64,000 bases of DNA from Eledone cirrhosa (lineage: Eukaryota): NCBI GenBank assembly GCA_964016885.1, contig OZ024740.1:285572001-285636000 (forward strand), given 5' to 3'. Numbering within the stretch: the stretch's first letter is position 1; the number at the start of each line of letters is the position of its first letter. The notes beneath the pieces were generated by a model that was given only the letters and a program-made list of their open reading frames with translations, was not told where the DNA came from and ran no database searches. Shown here in pieces: positions 11,224 through 24,117 of the stretch. A program made the position numbers and the translations under genes.

Positions 11224-14200
11224 ATAAGTCTCTTTGTATGTTGATGTACGCGTGTGTATGTGTTTGTGTATATGTGTGTGTGTGTGTGTGGGTGGACCAG
11301 TATTTTTTTCCCCCTGGTAAAATGGTGTACATTATTCGATTTTTTCAGTAAAATCGGTTCTCTTAATAGAACATCAAAAATCTTAACAATAAAAGGTGTG
11401 AAATGATATTCACTATATATATATACACACATACATATATCCACTACATATATATATATATACATATATACATACATATATATGCACACATATTTCTTTG
11501 TATTGCACCATAGAGCATGTGTGTTTACGTGTGTCATTGTGTTTATATGTGGGTAGAGATGTGTGCTGATGTATGTATGTATGTTGACGTGTGTATGTTG
11601 TGGGTTCGTCTTAGGGAGAAGTGTTTAGACGGGGTCCGTATTTGTTAATGAAGTAAGATTCCTTGCTGATGCGCTGGGTGTGGGTGGCATTATCTTTAAA
11701 TTTGTAGAGGGGAAAGATTCTGAAGTTGGGATGATTTTGGGCGGCACAGGTATCAATGTGTTCACTCAGTGGTATTTTCCTGTATTCCCGTATTTTAATT
11801 TGGGATCTATGGACAGTCATGCGTTGGCGGAGGCTGTTTTTGGTCTGGCCTATGTATTGTTCTCGACAACCTGAACAAGTTAATACATATATTAGATTTT
11901 CCGATGCACATGTGAAATTGTGTTTTACTATAAAACGTTGTCCATCTTTGAAATAGAATTCCGAACCCTCTATTAGGTTGATGCAAATGCCACAGTTGGG
12001 TCTGTCGCATTTTTTTTACTGTGGGTTTCGTTGTTGTGGTTGGCAGTACTTTGGCATGTGTTAAGATGTTTTTCATTGACTTGGATTGTCTTTTGCTCTT
12101 TATGATATCGTGTGTTCGTAGAATTTGGTTCATTCTATGGTCCTTTTTCAATACAGGGATGTTCTGGAGGATGGTGTCAAAGGCCTCATTGTTGAGGGGG
12201 TTGTGTGTGGAGATGTATGGAAGAGCTTTTAGTTTTGGTTGATTAACTTTAGGGTGTCTAAGGTCCTGGGTACTGAGTTTTAGGGCACGTTGGATTCCAT
12301 TGTCAATTAGTGATGCAGGGTAGTCCCTGCCTATGAGTGTGTCCTTTAGTTCTTGTAGCCGTAAGTAGCAGATGTTTTTATTGGAGACTATAGTACAGAT
12401 TCTCTTGGCTAAGTTGTAGGGAATATTAATTTTAACGTGTCTAGGGTGGCAAGAGTTGAAGGGGAGATATTGCTTGGAGTCTGTGGGCTTGTAGTATATG
12501 TCTGTTTCTATTTTTTTGTTATGGATCTTAATGAGGATGTCGAGGAAGGGGAGTTGTTGATGGCTGTATTCCATCGTGAAGTTAATATTTGTGTTGAGCC
12601 CATTTATAAGGGTGTGAAATTCTTTAAGTTTTTCGATGTTTTCGTGCCAAAGGATGAAGCAGTCATCTAGATATCGCTTCCAGTTCCTTTCAATGTGTAA
12701 GTGGAGGGTGTTTCCAAATTTGTTTAGGACTTTAGTGTAGAGGGTGATTTCCAGGTATCCCATGACTAGGTTGGCATAAGTAGGGGCTGTTTTCGTTCCC
12801 ATAGCGGTCCCAGATTTCTGCCTGTAGGGTTTGTTGTTGAAAACGAAGTAATTGTTCTCCATGATAAATTTGAGTCTCTCTATCACGAATTCTTTTTTGA
12901 TGCGTTGTGGGAGTTCATTGTGGAAATTATCCAGCCAGAATTGGATAGCTTCTATTCCTAGGTTGTGGGGGATGTTGGAGTATAGGTTGACTACATCGAA
13001 CGTCACTAGTAGGGTTTGTTCAGAAATTGGCATATTAGGGAGGTGATTGAGCATATCTAGGTCGTCCCTTATATAGCTTTTGATGTGCTTGAGGAAGGGT
13101 TTGAGAAGGGTATCAATGAAGTTGCTAAGACGGTGCGTTTCGCAAGCGGGGCCTGCTATTATAGGTCTTAATTTGAGATCATTGGGTGAGGGGACATTGA
13201 TGACTATGTCTGTGGCTTCCTTGCATGCCTTACTGATTGATTCGCTTTTATGTACTTTAGGGATACCGTAGAAAAGGCTGGATTTACTTGTGAAGTCTGT
13301 GATGAAGCTGAATTCCTTGTTAGTGAGTCCTTCTTTGTATTGGTTGATTAGAGTTTTTAGGTTTCTCATAATTTTCTGTTGATTGTAGTGTTCAGCCTTT
13401 TCGTAGTATGTTTCGTTTTCCAAAGTGGAGAGCGCTAAGTTAATATAGAATTCTGTCTCCATTAGGACTACTGTACTCCCTTTATCAGCCTCTTTAATTG
13501 TAATGGTTCTGTCGGTTTTTAATCTATTTAATTCTTCCCATTCTTTCTTGTTGAGGTTTGGCTTGTGTTTTTGTCTGTGCAAGTGTTGGTAAGGGAAGTT
13601 TGTGATGTGTTCACAGAATTCGTCCAGGATTTTATTTCTACCTTTTGAAGGGGTGTAATTGCTTCTATTTCTGGCTAATGATTCATCCTCATTGTACTGG
13701 TCGAATAGTTGTTCACTAAGTCGTAACTTTCTACAGAAGTCTGTGATGTCTTCCTTCATTTCATAGTAGTTAGGACGTAGTGGGGTCGGTGTGAATTTAA
13801 GACCTTTGGAGAGTAAGTTGATAAGGTTGGGTGTTGGTTCTGCACTAGTAAGATTGATAATTTTTATTACTATCGGTTTCTCCTCCCTGTCTTGTGTTAT
13901 TTTGTTTGCCTGTATCTGTGTGCTGTGTCTAAAAAATGGTTGGGGTAGAGGGGTTGTCTGCTGATGTTAAGTGGTCTCCTGTGTTTGTTATATTCCTTGT
14001 TGTTGTAAAATGTGGTTCGGGTTGGTGGTTGTAGATTGAATGGGGTGTTCCTGTACTGCGAGTATGGGTGTGTGTTTCTATGTGCCATGTTGTATTGTGG
14101 TGTTATAAGTGGCCTACGTTGTTGGTTGTATCGTGTGGTGTGGGTTTGTTGTGTATTGTGGAAGTGAGAGTTGAGAAAATGGTAATTACCTTGCTGTCCC

Positions 14201-14269
14201 CTTGAAGCGGGGAAGTTGTTGCATAAGACAAAAGCTGAAAAATATCTTTTGACCTTCGAATGACTCTGC

Positions 14270-14300
<31 letters not shown>

Positions 14301-14390
14301 CCACACTTATCTTAATAGCCATTTGACACACATCGCTGCTGGCCATTGTCGCAGCATCGAACACCTTATTACTACTACTACACACACACA

Positions 14391-14443
<53 letters not shown>

Positions 14444-14967
14444 ACACACACACACATATTTGTTGTGAAAGAGTCATTTCTCAATCTTGGCGCAAAACCA
14501 ATTTTTTATCCACATGACCTCTACCGACCAATCAAAATTGTTTTGACCAAGAATTTTTGCTGGAGCCACTTTTTTAACATAAAAACAGTCTTGGCGCAAA
14601 ATCAACTTTTTACATTCACATGACCTCTACCGACCAATCAAAATTGTTTTGACCACAAGCATTTTTGCAACACAAAAATATCGCTGGAGCCACTTTTTTA
14701 ACATAAAAACAGGTAGAATTCCCAAAACTAATCAGATCAGAGCAAACAGCACGGACACTCTATCTCAAAATTATTTTTGAAAAGCATTTAGAAATGCGCA
14801 ACCGGTAAAAACTTAAAAACTTAAAACCACAACTGAATACTAACCCATACAATCACTAATACTCTTTTATTCCTAATTAAACCATTTTTCAACTGTGAAC
14901 AATTTGTCAGCATTTTCTATTCCGTTTACCAATATATAATAACTTGTGTGTTACACCTCTATTCTTT

Positions 14968-14968
<1 letters not shown>
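10473..14968 (-). mobile_element. Penelope-like retroelement (Neptune-like) with ~700-bp inverted pseudo-LTRs
   Basis: RT-GIY-YIG ORF between near-identical inverted repeats 10473-11179 and 14223-14938; right arm extended ~30 nt; (TA)n flanks. Confidence 0.9.
11611..13870 (-). pseudogene. PLE reverse transcriptase + GIY-YIG endonuclease, frameshifted
   Basis: IINLS...LLSKGLKFTPTP in frame upstream of the ATG at 13759; IKEADKGS, FYGIPKVHK, LRPIIAG, TFDVVNLYSNI, QKSGTAMGT, WKRYLDDCF, LPFLDI, YYKPTD, SCHPRH; frameshift at the T-run ~12010-12017; then CDRPNCGIC linker and IYVLTCSGCREQYIGQT...RMTVHR...SEH. Confidence 0.92.
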
Positions 14969-15052
<84 letters not shown>

Positions 15053-15252
15053 GGAAATCAGTAAAATCGAATCTCTGGCGGGGTTTGCAAGTGAATTCGG
15101 CCTTCTTATATGAAATGATGAGTTAGCAAAGCACTCGATAAGATAGGTCCTTAGAGTAATAACATACGTTTAAAAAGCTTGACAAATCGAACATTGTGGT
15201 AGGCTAAACTACACACAATATGTATACCAGAGCAACGATACCACTAATCAGG

Positions 15253-15339
<87 letters not shown>

Positions 15340-15476
15340 ATATACACGATAGATATGGATGCAATTCAAATTAAGCACTCGACGTCACGTTATTTCTTCA
15401 AAATAAGGATGACGCAGTATAATTAGAATGAGGAAAATGCGAAGTTGTTGATGTTAAAGAGTCCTTTATTAATAAA

Positions 15477-15549
15477 GCCGTGATACATATTTCAATGACG
15501 ATCTTGGTCATTTGAATATTTAACCAATATCGAGATTTCATCAGACAGC
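15477..15549 (-). ncRNA. Type I hammerhead ribozyme in a ~270-bp element between (TA)n tracts
   Basis: Minus strand reads GCTGT-CTGATGA-AAT..CGAT.TTGGTT...GACCAA.ATCG..ATT-GAAA-TATGTA-TC-ACGGC. Confidence 0.75.
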
Positions 15550-15628
15550 AAAATTGAGTAAAGGGTTACGTCTCCGAGGCAATGATGGGTGCAAGGGAGT
15601 GGGTTAAAAAAATTATATATATATGAGG

Positions 15629-15803
15629 ATCGATCGACTTTCGTCAAATCGGACCGAGGAAACAATTCTCTAACCACTCAACCACACGCCTTCGCACGCT
15701 GTGGTTGGTTGGTTGTTGGTTGGTTGGTTGGTTGGTTGGTTGGTTGGTTGGTTGGTATGTATGTATGTATGTATGTATGTATGTATGTATGTATGTATGT
15801 ATG

Positions 15804-15835
<32 letters not shown>

Positions 15836-16062
15836 ACACAGGCGTGCGAAGGCGTGTCGCTGAGTGGTTAGAGAATTGGATTCACAATCTTTAGGTTGTC
15901 AGTTCGATTCATGGACCAGGCGATGCGCTATGTCCTTGAGCAAGACACTTTATTTCACTTTGCTCCTTCTACCTGGAGTTGCGACTGATAGATAGTATTA
16001 GCAACTGGAAAGACCGACGAAAACATTGTTTCCTCGGTCCGATTTGACAAAAGTCGATCGAT
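15629..16062. mobile_element. Head-to-head pair of family A SINEs (left copy internally deleted)
   Basis: 15629-15703 is the reverse complement of the head and tail of 15837-16062; the spacer is (GGTT)n(GTAT)n. Confidence 0.75.
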
Positions 16063-16079
16063 ATATATATATATTGTTA

Positions 16080-16345
16080 CATCTTCATCGCTGCCTTCGG
16101 TGAGTGTTCCAGTTGTTTATTCAGCCTGTTCGAGAAATTGACGTGCGTTCCACAGACACGTGCATTCTTAAAGTTATATACAGAGAGATTCAGCATAATA
16201 CAACCGTTTTTGCCGGCTGAGTGAACTGGAGCGACGCGAAATAGTCTTTCATCCACGGACACAACGCGCCGCTGGGAATCGAACTCGCGACATTACAATA
16301 CTAAGCCCAAAACTCTAACCTAACCACTAAGCCACGTACTTTTGC
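16080..16345 (-). mobile_element. tRNA-derived SINE
   Basis: Minus strand carries TGGCTTAGTGG (A-box) and GAGTTCGATTCC (B-box). Confidence 0.6.
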
Positions 16346-16410
16346 GCACACACGTACACATACATACACACATACAAATATACAAACACACTTATATATA
16401 TATATATATA

Positions 16411-17350
16411 CTAGCATCTGAGCCCAGTTGCACCCGGGGCCACTTTTTATTAAGTTAATAATTTGAAAAATATTATTGAAAGTTTATTATAAAGAAGCAG
16501 TTTCAGGGAAAAAATAGAAATATGCACTTGGGGCTGGACGGCGTACAATGAGAAGGGGAGCGACGTGAAGGTTTGTATGATAGTTTACACTTTGATTGCC
16601 TTGGTCAGCAAGAGGGGCCTCTATATATTAGACGTTTATTAGAAGAGGGGGAAATAACTAACCCCAGCCTTAGAACAGGGGGTTCGCAATGTAAGGGTTT
16701 TATTTCTTTTGTTAGAAAACAGTGACCGTTTTCGGTTTGACATTTCGTAAAATTCTACTGCAGAATCGATTTTATAAAAACGGTACTGTATGATCGTTAT
16801 AGAAGTATTTAAATTTAATATATAGCAACTGTAATTGAAAAATGAAAATGAAACGTTCTGTAGAAGGCAACAGTTTATTAATCTGCATTTTCAAACTTGC
16901 ATATCATCGACATTGCTATTTCGCTGTTAATAAACAACGCTTTTCACGTCGCTCCACTTCTCATTGTACGCCGTCCAGCCCCAAGTGCATATTTCTATTT
17001 TTTTCCTGAAACTGCTTCTTTATAATAAACTTTCAATAATATTTTTCAAATTATTGGTACTGTATGTTAACAGCGAAAGAACGTTGATGAGTTAAAAAAT
17101 TTGTATGAAATTGTAAATAACTCATCCAAGTATTAGAACAGGGGGAAATAACTCACCGAACGCGATAGTAAATAGACCGTTTGGGGGCCCTAGGGACCAC
17201 ATTTTTCAAGTTAGAGATTTGAAACCTCGTCTATTTGCTTCCTTGGCACTTTTTACATAGGTGTGTAAATTTTCATGTCCGTCCGACCACGTCTACTACC
17301 ATTTAACTGTGCACATCTGAATTTCAACCACGACCCATTTCACATGTATT
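16411..17350 (-). mobile_element. Non-autonomous Helitron related to 1034-3911
   Basis: Minus-strand 3' end TTATTAACTTAATAAAAAGTGGCCCCGGGTGCAACTGGGCTCAGATGCTAG matches 3851-3911; 5' ATGTGAAATGGG matches ~1045. Confidence 0.8.
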
Positions 17351-17560
17351 GTGAATGCGTGTGACTGAGTGGTTAGAGGATTGGATTCGCAACTGTGAGG
17401 TTGTGAGTTCGATTCCCGGACCGGGCGATGCGTTATGTCCTTGAGCAAGGCACTTTATTTCACGTTGCTCCTTCTACCTGGAGTTGCGACCGATATTATC
17501 AATTGGAAAGACCAATGGAAACATTGTTTCCTCGGTCCGATTTGACGAAAGTCGATCATT
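17350..17560 (+). mobile_element. tRNA-derived SINE (family A)
   Basis: TGACTGAGTGG, GAGTTCGATTCC, TGTCCTTGAGCAAGGCACTTT; same 3' tail as 16025-16060. Confidence 0.8.
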
Positions 17561-18559
17561 CCTCTCTCTTTCTCTCTCTCTCGATATATATTATATATAT
17601 ATATTGTGAAATGGTCTATAAGATTTTAAAAAATGTGGTATTTTTAGTGTGCACAATTCATAATACTGTGGACGGCTTCAGTTTATGCTTCACCACACAT
17701 GGTTTGTGTTCATACGATTGTCGAACGAGATCGAACTATTTGTAATGAATACAAGTCTTTTTGTGAAGATAAATGGCGTAGCTAGCATTCTAATTGTTTT
17801 TCTAACTGTTGGGCATGACGCCAGTATTTACTCTTATTGCACTTAATTAGTACCTCTTTAAATCCAGTCATTGCATTTTTCTTTCTTTTGGTTTGTTTTT
17901 TATTATAAAAACTACTTGTTTTCTTATTTTTATTATTATTCTAAAGGATTTCTCGAAAAATGGCTACAAAAGTTTCGGAGCTGTATTTGTAAGTGACTTG
18001 ATATGAGACAGTGTGTTGAAACTAAAACAATTGCATTGCGGAAGAATCGTTTTAGCTATTTGAAAACACACAAAGACTGTTAACATTATTTACCGCTTAT
18101 AAGACGCACCTTTTTTTTTTTAAATGTCCCTGAAAATCACCCTGCATCTTATACGGTAAAGGGACAGTTTGGGTTACTGACTAGAGGAGTTCTAGTGTTG
18201 CAGTGGGCCTTAAATTAAACCGCAACATCTCCGCAAATGACTGTAGGGTTTGAACATGAATAAATAAAGCTAAATTTTAAGTAACTTTATGATGCATAAA
18301 TTAAATTCATTTTCACTTTCTTTTGTTTTAAAACTGTTCTAAATATTTTAACAAAAAATACAATGTAGGAAATAAAGTCAATTTATTTTCTCACTTCCTT
18401 ATATTTTAAAAATACTAAATTATTACAACTAGAATTAATATAGATTCTACATTCTACAATGTAGAATGATAATAAAAAATACGATGTACAAACTTTATAC
18501 CCTTCGCTTGACATTTGTAGTTTAAACCCATTTATTATTACTTTTAAATGTATAATTAA

Positions 18560-19334
18560 CTAGCAGTAAAGCCCGGCGTTGCTCGGGGTCGCTCAGTAGC
18601 TGTGTTAAAGTTACAATGTTAAGTTTCTTTCTTGGCTTAAAAACTGTAGTGTCTACTGTGCAGACTTGCATGTGGTGTTTTTGATTAATATTCCCTCAAC
18701 CAACAATATGCCTTATGAAGTTAAGAAAACATAACGATAACCCGAATGTTATAACAAAAGAGGATGCTGGGGATAAAAACTGCACTGGTTATTTATTAAC
18801 AAAGATCGAAAATGTAAACACTGCAACGCAGAGAAAAACATTAGCGTAACCAAATTATCAGTTATGTCTGTCTGCACGCCTATATCACCTCTCTGCACGA
18901 CTGTCTGTCTGCACGCCTGAAATATTTGCTTGTTTTACGTAGTCTTTAAATAGACTTGTTTTCAAGTAAAAATATTGTTTTAAAATGCTTTTAAATGGAA
19001 ATGAAGCAAAACGGAAGCTTAGTGTTCGAATGTTCGTGTATTGTGTTAATGTCATTTTAAACGCTGAGAAAGCCAGCGTAATTTTTTACGTAAGACGCTC
19101 AATGTAAACAGAACAAAGGGAAATAACTGATCACTTACGCTCAAAAATCGATACATTATATTCGATTTCGTCACATAGAGTGGGTCAATTTGAAATATTT
19201 TTTTTTCCGATGTCTTCGCTAGGGCTCAATGTACAAGTATAGCAATTTGGGTGCAATTCCGTGAGAGATTCTAAGAGGAGATGTGTGCCAAAAATCGATA
19301 GACAGACAGACAACCACAGTTTTATATATATAGA
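18560..19334 (-). mobile_element. Non-autonomous Helitron (second family)
   Basis: Minus strand reads A|TCTATATATATAAA...CCCGAGCAACGCCGGGC...CTAG|T: TC start, 3' hairpin, CTAG end, AT target. Confidence 0.85.
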
Positions 19335-19426
19335 TTATGAAAAACACGTTCAACACTATTGCCGCCGAAAATGACGGCAATACTGTTGAACGTATTTGAT
19401 TTATGGAGTCCAGGAATCGTATGCTA

Positions 19427-19674
19427 TACGAGAGTCGGCAGAAACTTCATAGGCTGACCAAGATACTCTCATGGAATAACCAAAGGAGGTCATAGTCCCT
19501 GGAATGAAACAATGCTGTTATTAATAAGAGGAGTTGAAATTAATGCACGCAAGATTTCACAGCTCTAGCATCACTCCTTCATAGTCAGCCTATGGAAGAC
19601 TATAGCTCTGAATAAGTCTGAAATGACCCATTCAACCCATGGCAACATGGAAAGTGGACATAAAATGATGGTGA

Positions 19675-19767
<93 letters not shown>

Positions 19768-19994
19768 ACACACACACACTTTATACCAAGCAATTTAATT
19801 AGTTTCGTGTCTGTTTCATCATTTTAAGATATGAATGAGAGTCAGCTGAAAAGTTTATAGGTTGACCAAGATACTTTCCCAAATGAGGTTTATTTTTCAA
19901 CATAATAAGAGTTGAAATTAATGCAAGCAAGATTTCACAGCGCTAGCATCACTCCTTCATAGTCAGTCTATGAACTTTTCAGCCTACCCTCGTA
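19427..19994. mobile_element. Mariner-type MITE(s), two related units with a (CA)n-containing insert
   Basis: TIR TACGAG.GT.GGC.GAAA..TTCATAG; TA flanks; related end at 63933-64000. Confidence 0.65.
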
Positions 19995-20236
19995 TACATC
20001 ATAATTACCAGATATACGAACAATTATATATATATCTGGGAAACTTGCATTTTGATAAATTAATGGTTTGTATAAGAGAAACCTGACTGTTTATGTAGGA
20101 AATGTTTAAATATAGGAATGATATTTTAATAATATTTTTCTTGCATATAATTACATAAATGTTCAGCATATATGTACAAATAACATCTCTGAGAGACTTT
20201 GATGCTTATATCGGATCCTGTTCTGTAAAATAAAAG

Positions 20237-20420
20237 TTAATGCTTTTGCGGTCTTGTTCGCGGAGCGAAGCCCCATTACCACCGCACCCTAGGCTCAAAG
20301 CCCAATATCCCTCCCCCTCCCCATTCAACTGTGACACTAGAGTCCTTGGCTTTCCCTTCCTTTTTTCTTTTTTTTTTAATGTTTTCTTTTTTACATTGCA
20401 TTCTTTCTTTTCAATCTATT
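20237..20420 (+). mobile_element. 3' end fragment of a CRE-like non-LTR retrotransposon
   Basis: Encodes NAFAVL then a 3' UTR similar to 27165-27340 and to 28180-28430 (minus strand). Confidence 0.65.
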
Positions 20421-21179
20421 TTTTCTTCTTTTTCCCTTAAATTATATTTACATGATATATTTTTACATAGAATAAAAGTGAAATAGTCATTGATTACATT
20501 TGCTTCACTATAAGCTCGATACATTCATCTAACCATCTTTTGATATATGGATTATCTTAAAATAGGTTAAAAGAGGTGGATATGGATATGGATAACCTGT
20601 AAATTAATAGACCAAACTATAAAAAATAAATAAAAAAGAACATCTGTTTTTAATTCCCGTAGTTAAGAGATAGGTTTAGGATTAATACTGAATCCATAAA
20701 ATAATTCTGTTTTAACATAAAAAAAAATGTCGTTCTTATAAAATTGACGATAATGATATTTATCCAAATGATTGTGCTTAGGTCTTTAAGATGTTTGAAT
20801 CGGCCCTGTTATAATTTTTTGTTCTTTGCATCAGCAAATTAAATATCGTTTCATTATCGTTTGTGATTACGTACAATTATTTCAGTAATTGACAATAAAA
20901 AAATGACTGCCAATTTAGGTACAAGATCAGCAATTGTTGGGGAGGGGAACGTCAAATACATCAACCCAAGTACTTGACTGGTACTTTAATTTATCTACCA
21001 CGGAAGGATGGCGGGTAAAGTTGACTTCTGTGAGATTTGAAATCAGAACATAAAGTGTCGTAACTAAATGCCTTAAAGCACTTGGTCCGACACCTAAGCA
21101 ATAACAAAATAATTTGCTTTATTGATCGATAGAATAAACTATGATAAATATAGCAAAGGTGGCCGTTCTATGATAAATA

Positions 21180-21345
21180 TAGACTTGTCGACTCTCCCTG
21201 TCCGACGGGGAGATCTCCCACCCACTTTAAAATGGGTATAGCTTTCATTATGTAAAATCTCCTCATTTTGCCTCATTTCTCCCCGTTTTGGGGTACCTTT
21301 TTTCATGGTACTCCCCGTTTGGGTTTTTAGAGGTTGGCAGGTCTG
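21180..21345. mobile_element. MITE with TIR CAGACCTG(C/T)CAAC and a 6-bp TSD
   Basis: TSD TAAATA on both sides. Confidence 0.75.
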
Positions 21346-21354
21346 TAAATATAA

Positions 21355-21812
21355 CAAAGGCTCAAGAACGGTGGTTTATGACTATATTCCTCCACGCTGC
21401 ACCTCAACAAATTGTTGATCATGAGATCAGTATTCTAAACACTAGACTGTGCTCCTTACACTTTTTGTAAATAACCGGCATGATTATCTACAAAACCATT
21501 TCCACCAGTTTTCAAAATCAAGTTTCTTTTGTAAATCATATATAAACTTATATTGTGCAGTGTGAAAATGCCTAAACAGACTAAGATCTGGTGTTGGACG
21601 TGCAAAAGTCACTCTTGCAAAATGGGGATATTTAAAGATGTTCTGTGTGACTGCGGCATCGAACCACAGACTACGCTGCACCTCCCGATATCCCCACAGC
21701 ATTGGGCTTGGAATGATTTAATGAGAAAGTACAGCAATGTGTTCAGCTGTGACGAAACCACATCTAGTCAAGCTTTGTAACTGACAATCTTGTGGACACG
21801 ACAAGAGGAAGT
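21355..21812 (+). mobile_element. Ingi/Vingi-like LINE 3' fragment
   Basis: LNRLRSGVGRAKVTLAKWGY...CDCGIEPQTTLHL zinc-knuckle remnant; tail GGACACGACAAGAGGAAG. Confidence 0.6.
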
Positions 21813-23467
21813 TCTGAAAGATATCGACATGAATTCATAAGCTGTAAGTTGATAGTCTAAAACCAAACAAGTCGATATTGTTGGAATTTTTATTTGCTAC
21901 AATGAAAAAGTTACAGAAATGTTCTTTTTGATATGGGTAGGTTACTAACTTCTTTTTAAATCTTGAATTTATAACTAATCTAAATATTTTCGGAGGGTTG
22001 TGGATAGCATGATCAGTAAAGCGTTATGTTATTCAAATTCTGCTGGAGTCGACTTTGCTTTTCGTCCATCAGCGGCAGATAAAATAGATACCAGTAATAT
22101 TCAGAAAAAATGATTCATTCGACTATGTCCCCTTCCCTAAATATATTGGTCTTGTCCCGATGTAAGTAATCAATATATTCAGCTTTAAATTAACGAATAA
22201 TACTAAACTTATAATTACGTGTATGCTGCGGTAAACTAATTTGTATAATCTTGTTTGCTCGAGTAATCATTTCTCTCTCGTCTGCCATGCAACATACAAT
22301 CGTTCTTTACTAACACATTTAAGCGTTCTCCAGCAAACAAATGCGCTCGTGTTTTGTTTGCTGGAATTTAGATAACGTATCTTTCAAAGCCATTAAAAGG
22401 AATTCCCTGCTAATGGATCTCTATTGGTTATTATTCCCAATTTTCTATTCACAGAAGATCAGTGAATGGTAATTTTGAATGATTCAGTATCAACTTGCCG
22501 GCTGTTTTGACTAAGTATAGAAAGTATACACTTAGATGCACTTCCCACTTTACAACCTCAACCGACTGGCAAGTTGCTTATCAAACACCGAATCCCTCTA
22601 AATTGTTCCAATCCACTCTACTATTGAGAAAGAAGCCGGGGGTATTATGGAAACAGTTTCCAATTGGCGGTTTCCGAGTTAGCACTTTATATTGGTTACA
22701 AGTAACTGGATCTTCATGTTTAATCTAAAGATTACGCTGCAATAAAGGATGTGTGTTGGCATAGTATTTTTATTTACTGTTTAGAAGACCTTGAAAACAA
22801 AATAATTGAGATATACATGTTACTTCAGTTACGTTGAGATCCTTGTCGTCTATTAGCTTCACATATGTCCAGAATACGATCTACGTTCTAAATTCCTGAC
22901 ATTTTAAGCTACAGATATACGGTGAATGAGTATCAGCCGATAGTAACTGTGGTCGGTTACTAGACTATGATAAAGAAACTTTCCTAAGATGCTACACAGT
23001 GGGATCGAACCCGGGACCTCATGCAAGCCTGTCGCCAGGCTTTGATGTTCGGGTGGGGGTGGGGGAGCTTCAGAACATTTTTTTTTCGCAACAATTCTAA
23101 GATGGAGTTTCGGAATAAACATATCACCATAAATATTTCTACGCACCTTTCTAAAGTGGGGAGGAGGAGATTATTGCCATCCACACACACACACCTAGCA
23201 ACGGGTCCGACCTCATCTTTTTAGCCATCTTTTTAGCCATTCAATAATACCTACACCCACACATACACTTATCAGAGTACCATTCATATCATATTATATC
23301 CTAGTTAGAACGTTTTTGATTATGTCACGATTCCTCGTTAAATTCTATCTGGAAAACACTCTATTTATGTCCTTCAGTTTCAGGTTGTCATTTACATTGG
23401 GTTGAAGTAGAAACATGTTTATAGAACTTTATATGTAATGTATTATGTGGGATGATTTTACTTATTT

Positions 23468-23659
23468 CAGACCTGCCAACTTCTCAAAACCCAAAATGGT
23501 GAGTACCATGAAAAAAAGTGCCCCAAAACAGGGAGAAATGGGGCAAAATGGGGAGATTTTACAAAATGAAAGCTATACCCAATTTCACAAGAGACATCTC
23601 TCACCCACCCCTAAATGGGTGGGAAATTTCCCTGTCGGACAGGAGAGTTGACAGGTCTG
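23468..23659. mobile_element. MITE, same family as 21180
   Basis: CAGACCTGCCAAC...GTTGACAGGTCTG with TSD TTATTT. Confidence 0.85.
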
Positions 23660-23770
23660 TTATTTCCATTATTGACCATATTCCTGTTACTTTATTTTTA
23701 GCTCCATAAGAATGAAAAATTAAACCGACTCTAACAAATATAGGAATCCAAAGTGTAAGGAACATAATCC

Positions 23771-24117
23771 TATTTACGTGTTCCATTAAAGTGAAAGTGA
23801 AATTTCCAGACGTTAATCAAAAACTGAAACGTAAAGAGAAACAATGGAACGAAATTGTACTTAAACTAGAAAACCAGACAGTTAAAAGAATAGAAATTGT
23901 ATTATTTATATTTCGTTCTTTCCGTTTCACTGACAATATATGTACACGAATAGAAAGGCAGTACGTCTTGTGGCCGCGGGTGCACACAAAATATACATAT
24001 TTGGTCTTATAAAATAAGTATATTTCGTTCTTTCTGAAAGTATGTTTCGTTGTTTAAATTTCAGTTTTCGATTTTCCGTCTGGACATTTCACATTCAATT
24101 TATGGAACATGCAAATA
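23771..24117. repeat. MITE-like element with diverged ~75-bp inverted ends
   Basis: TATTTACGTGTTCCATTAAAGTGAA.GTGAAAT.TCCAGACG... is mirrored at 24043-24117. Confidence 0.55.

Noticed and set aside
15114-15145. ATGATGAGT...ACTCGATAA hammerhead-like motif
   Set aside because: Both core boxes are mutated and there is no convincing stem I.
17350-17430. Possible tRNA gene
   Set aside because: A and B boxes are present but there is no complete cloverleaf, and it continues into a SINE body found in several copies.
19345-19395. Small hairpin with a CGAAA-containing loop
   Set aside because: Short and imperfect, with no ribozyme core or (TA)n flanks.
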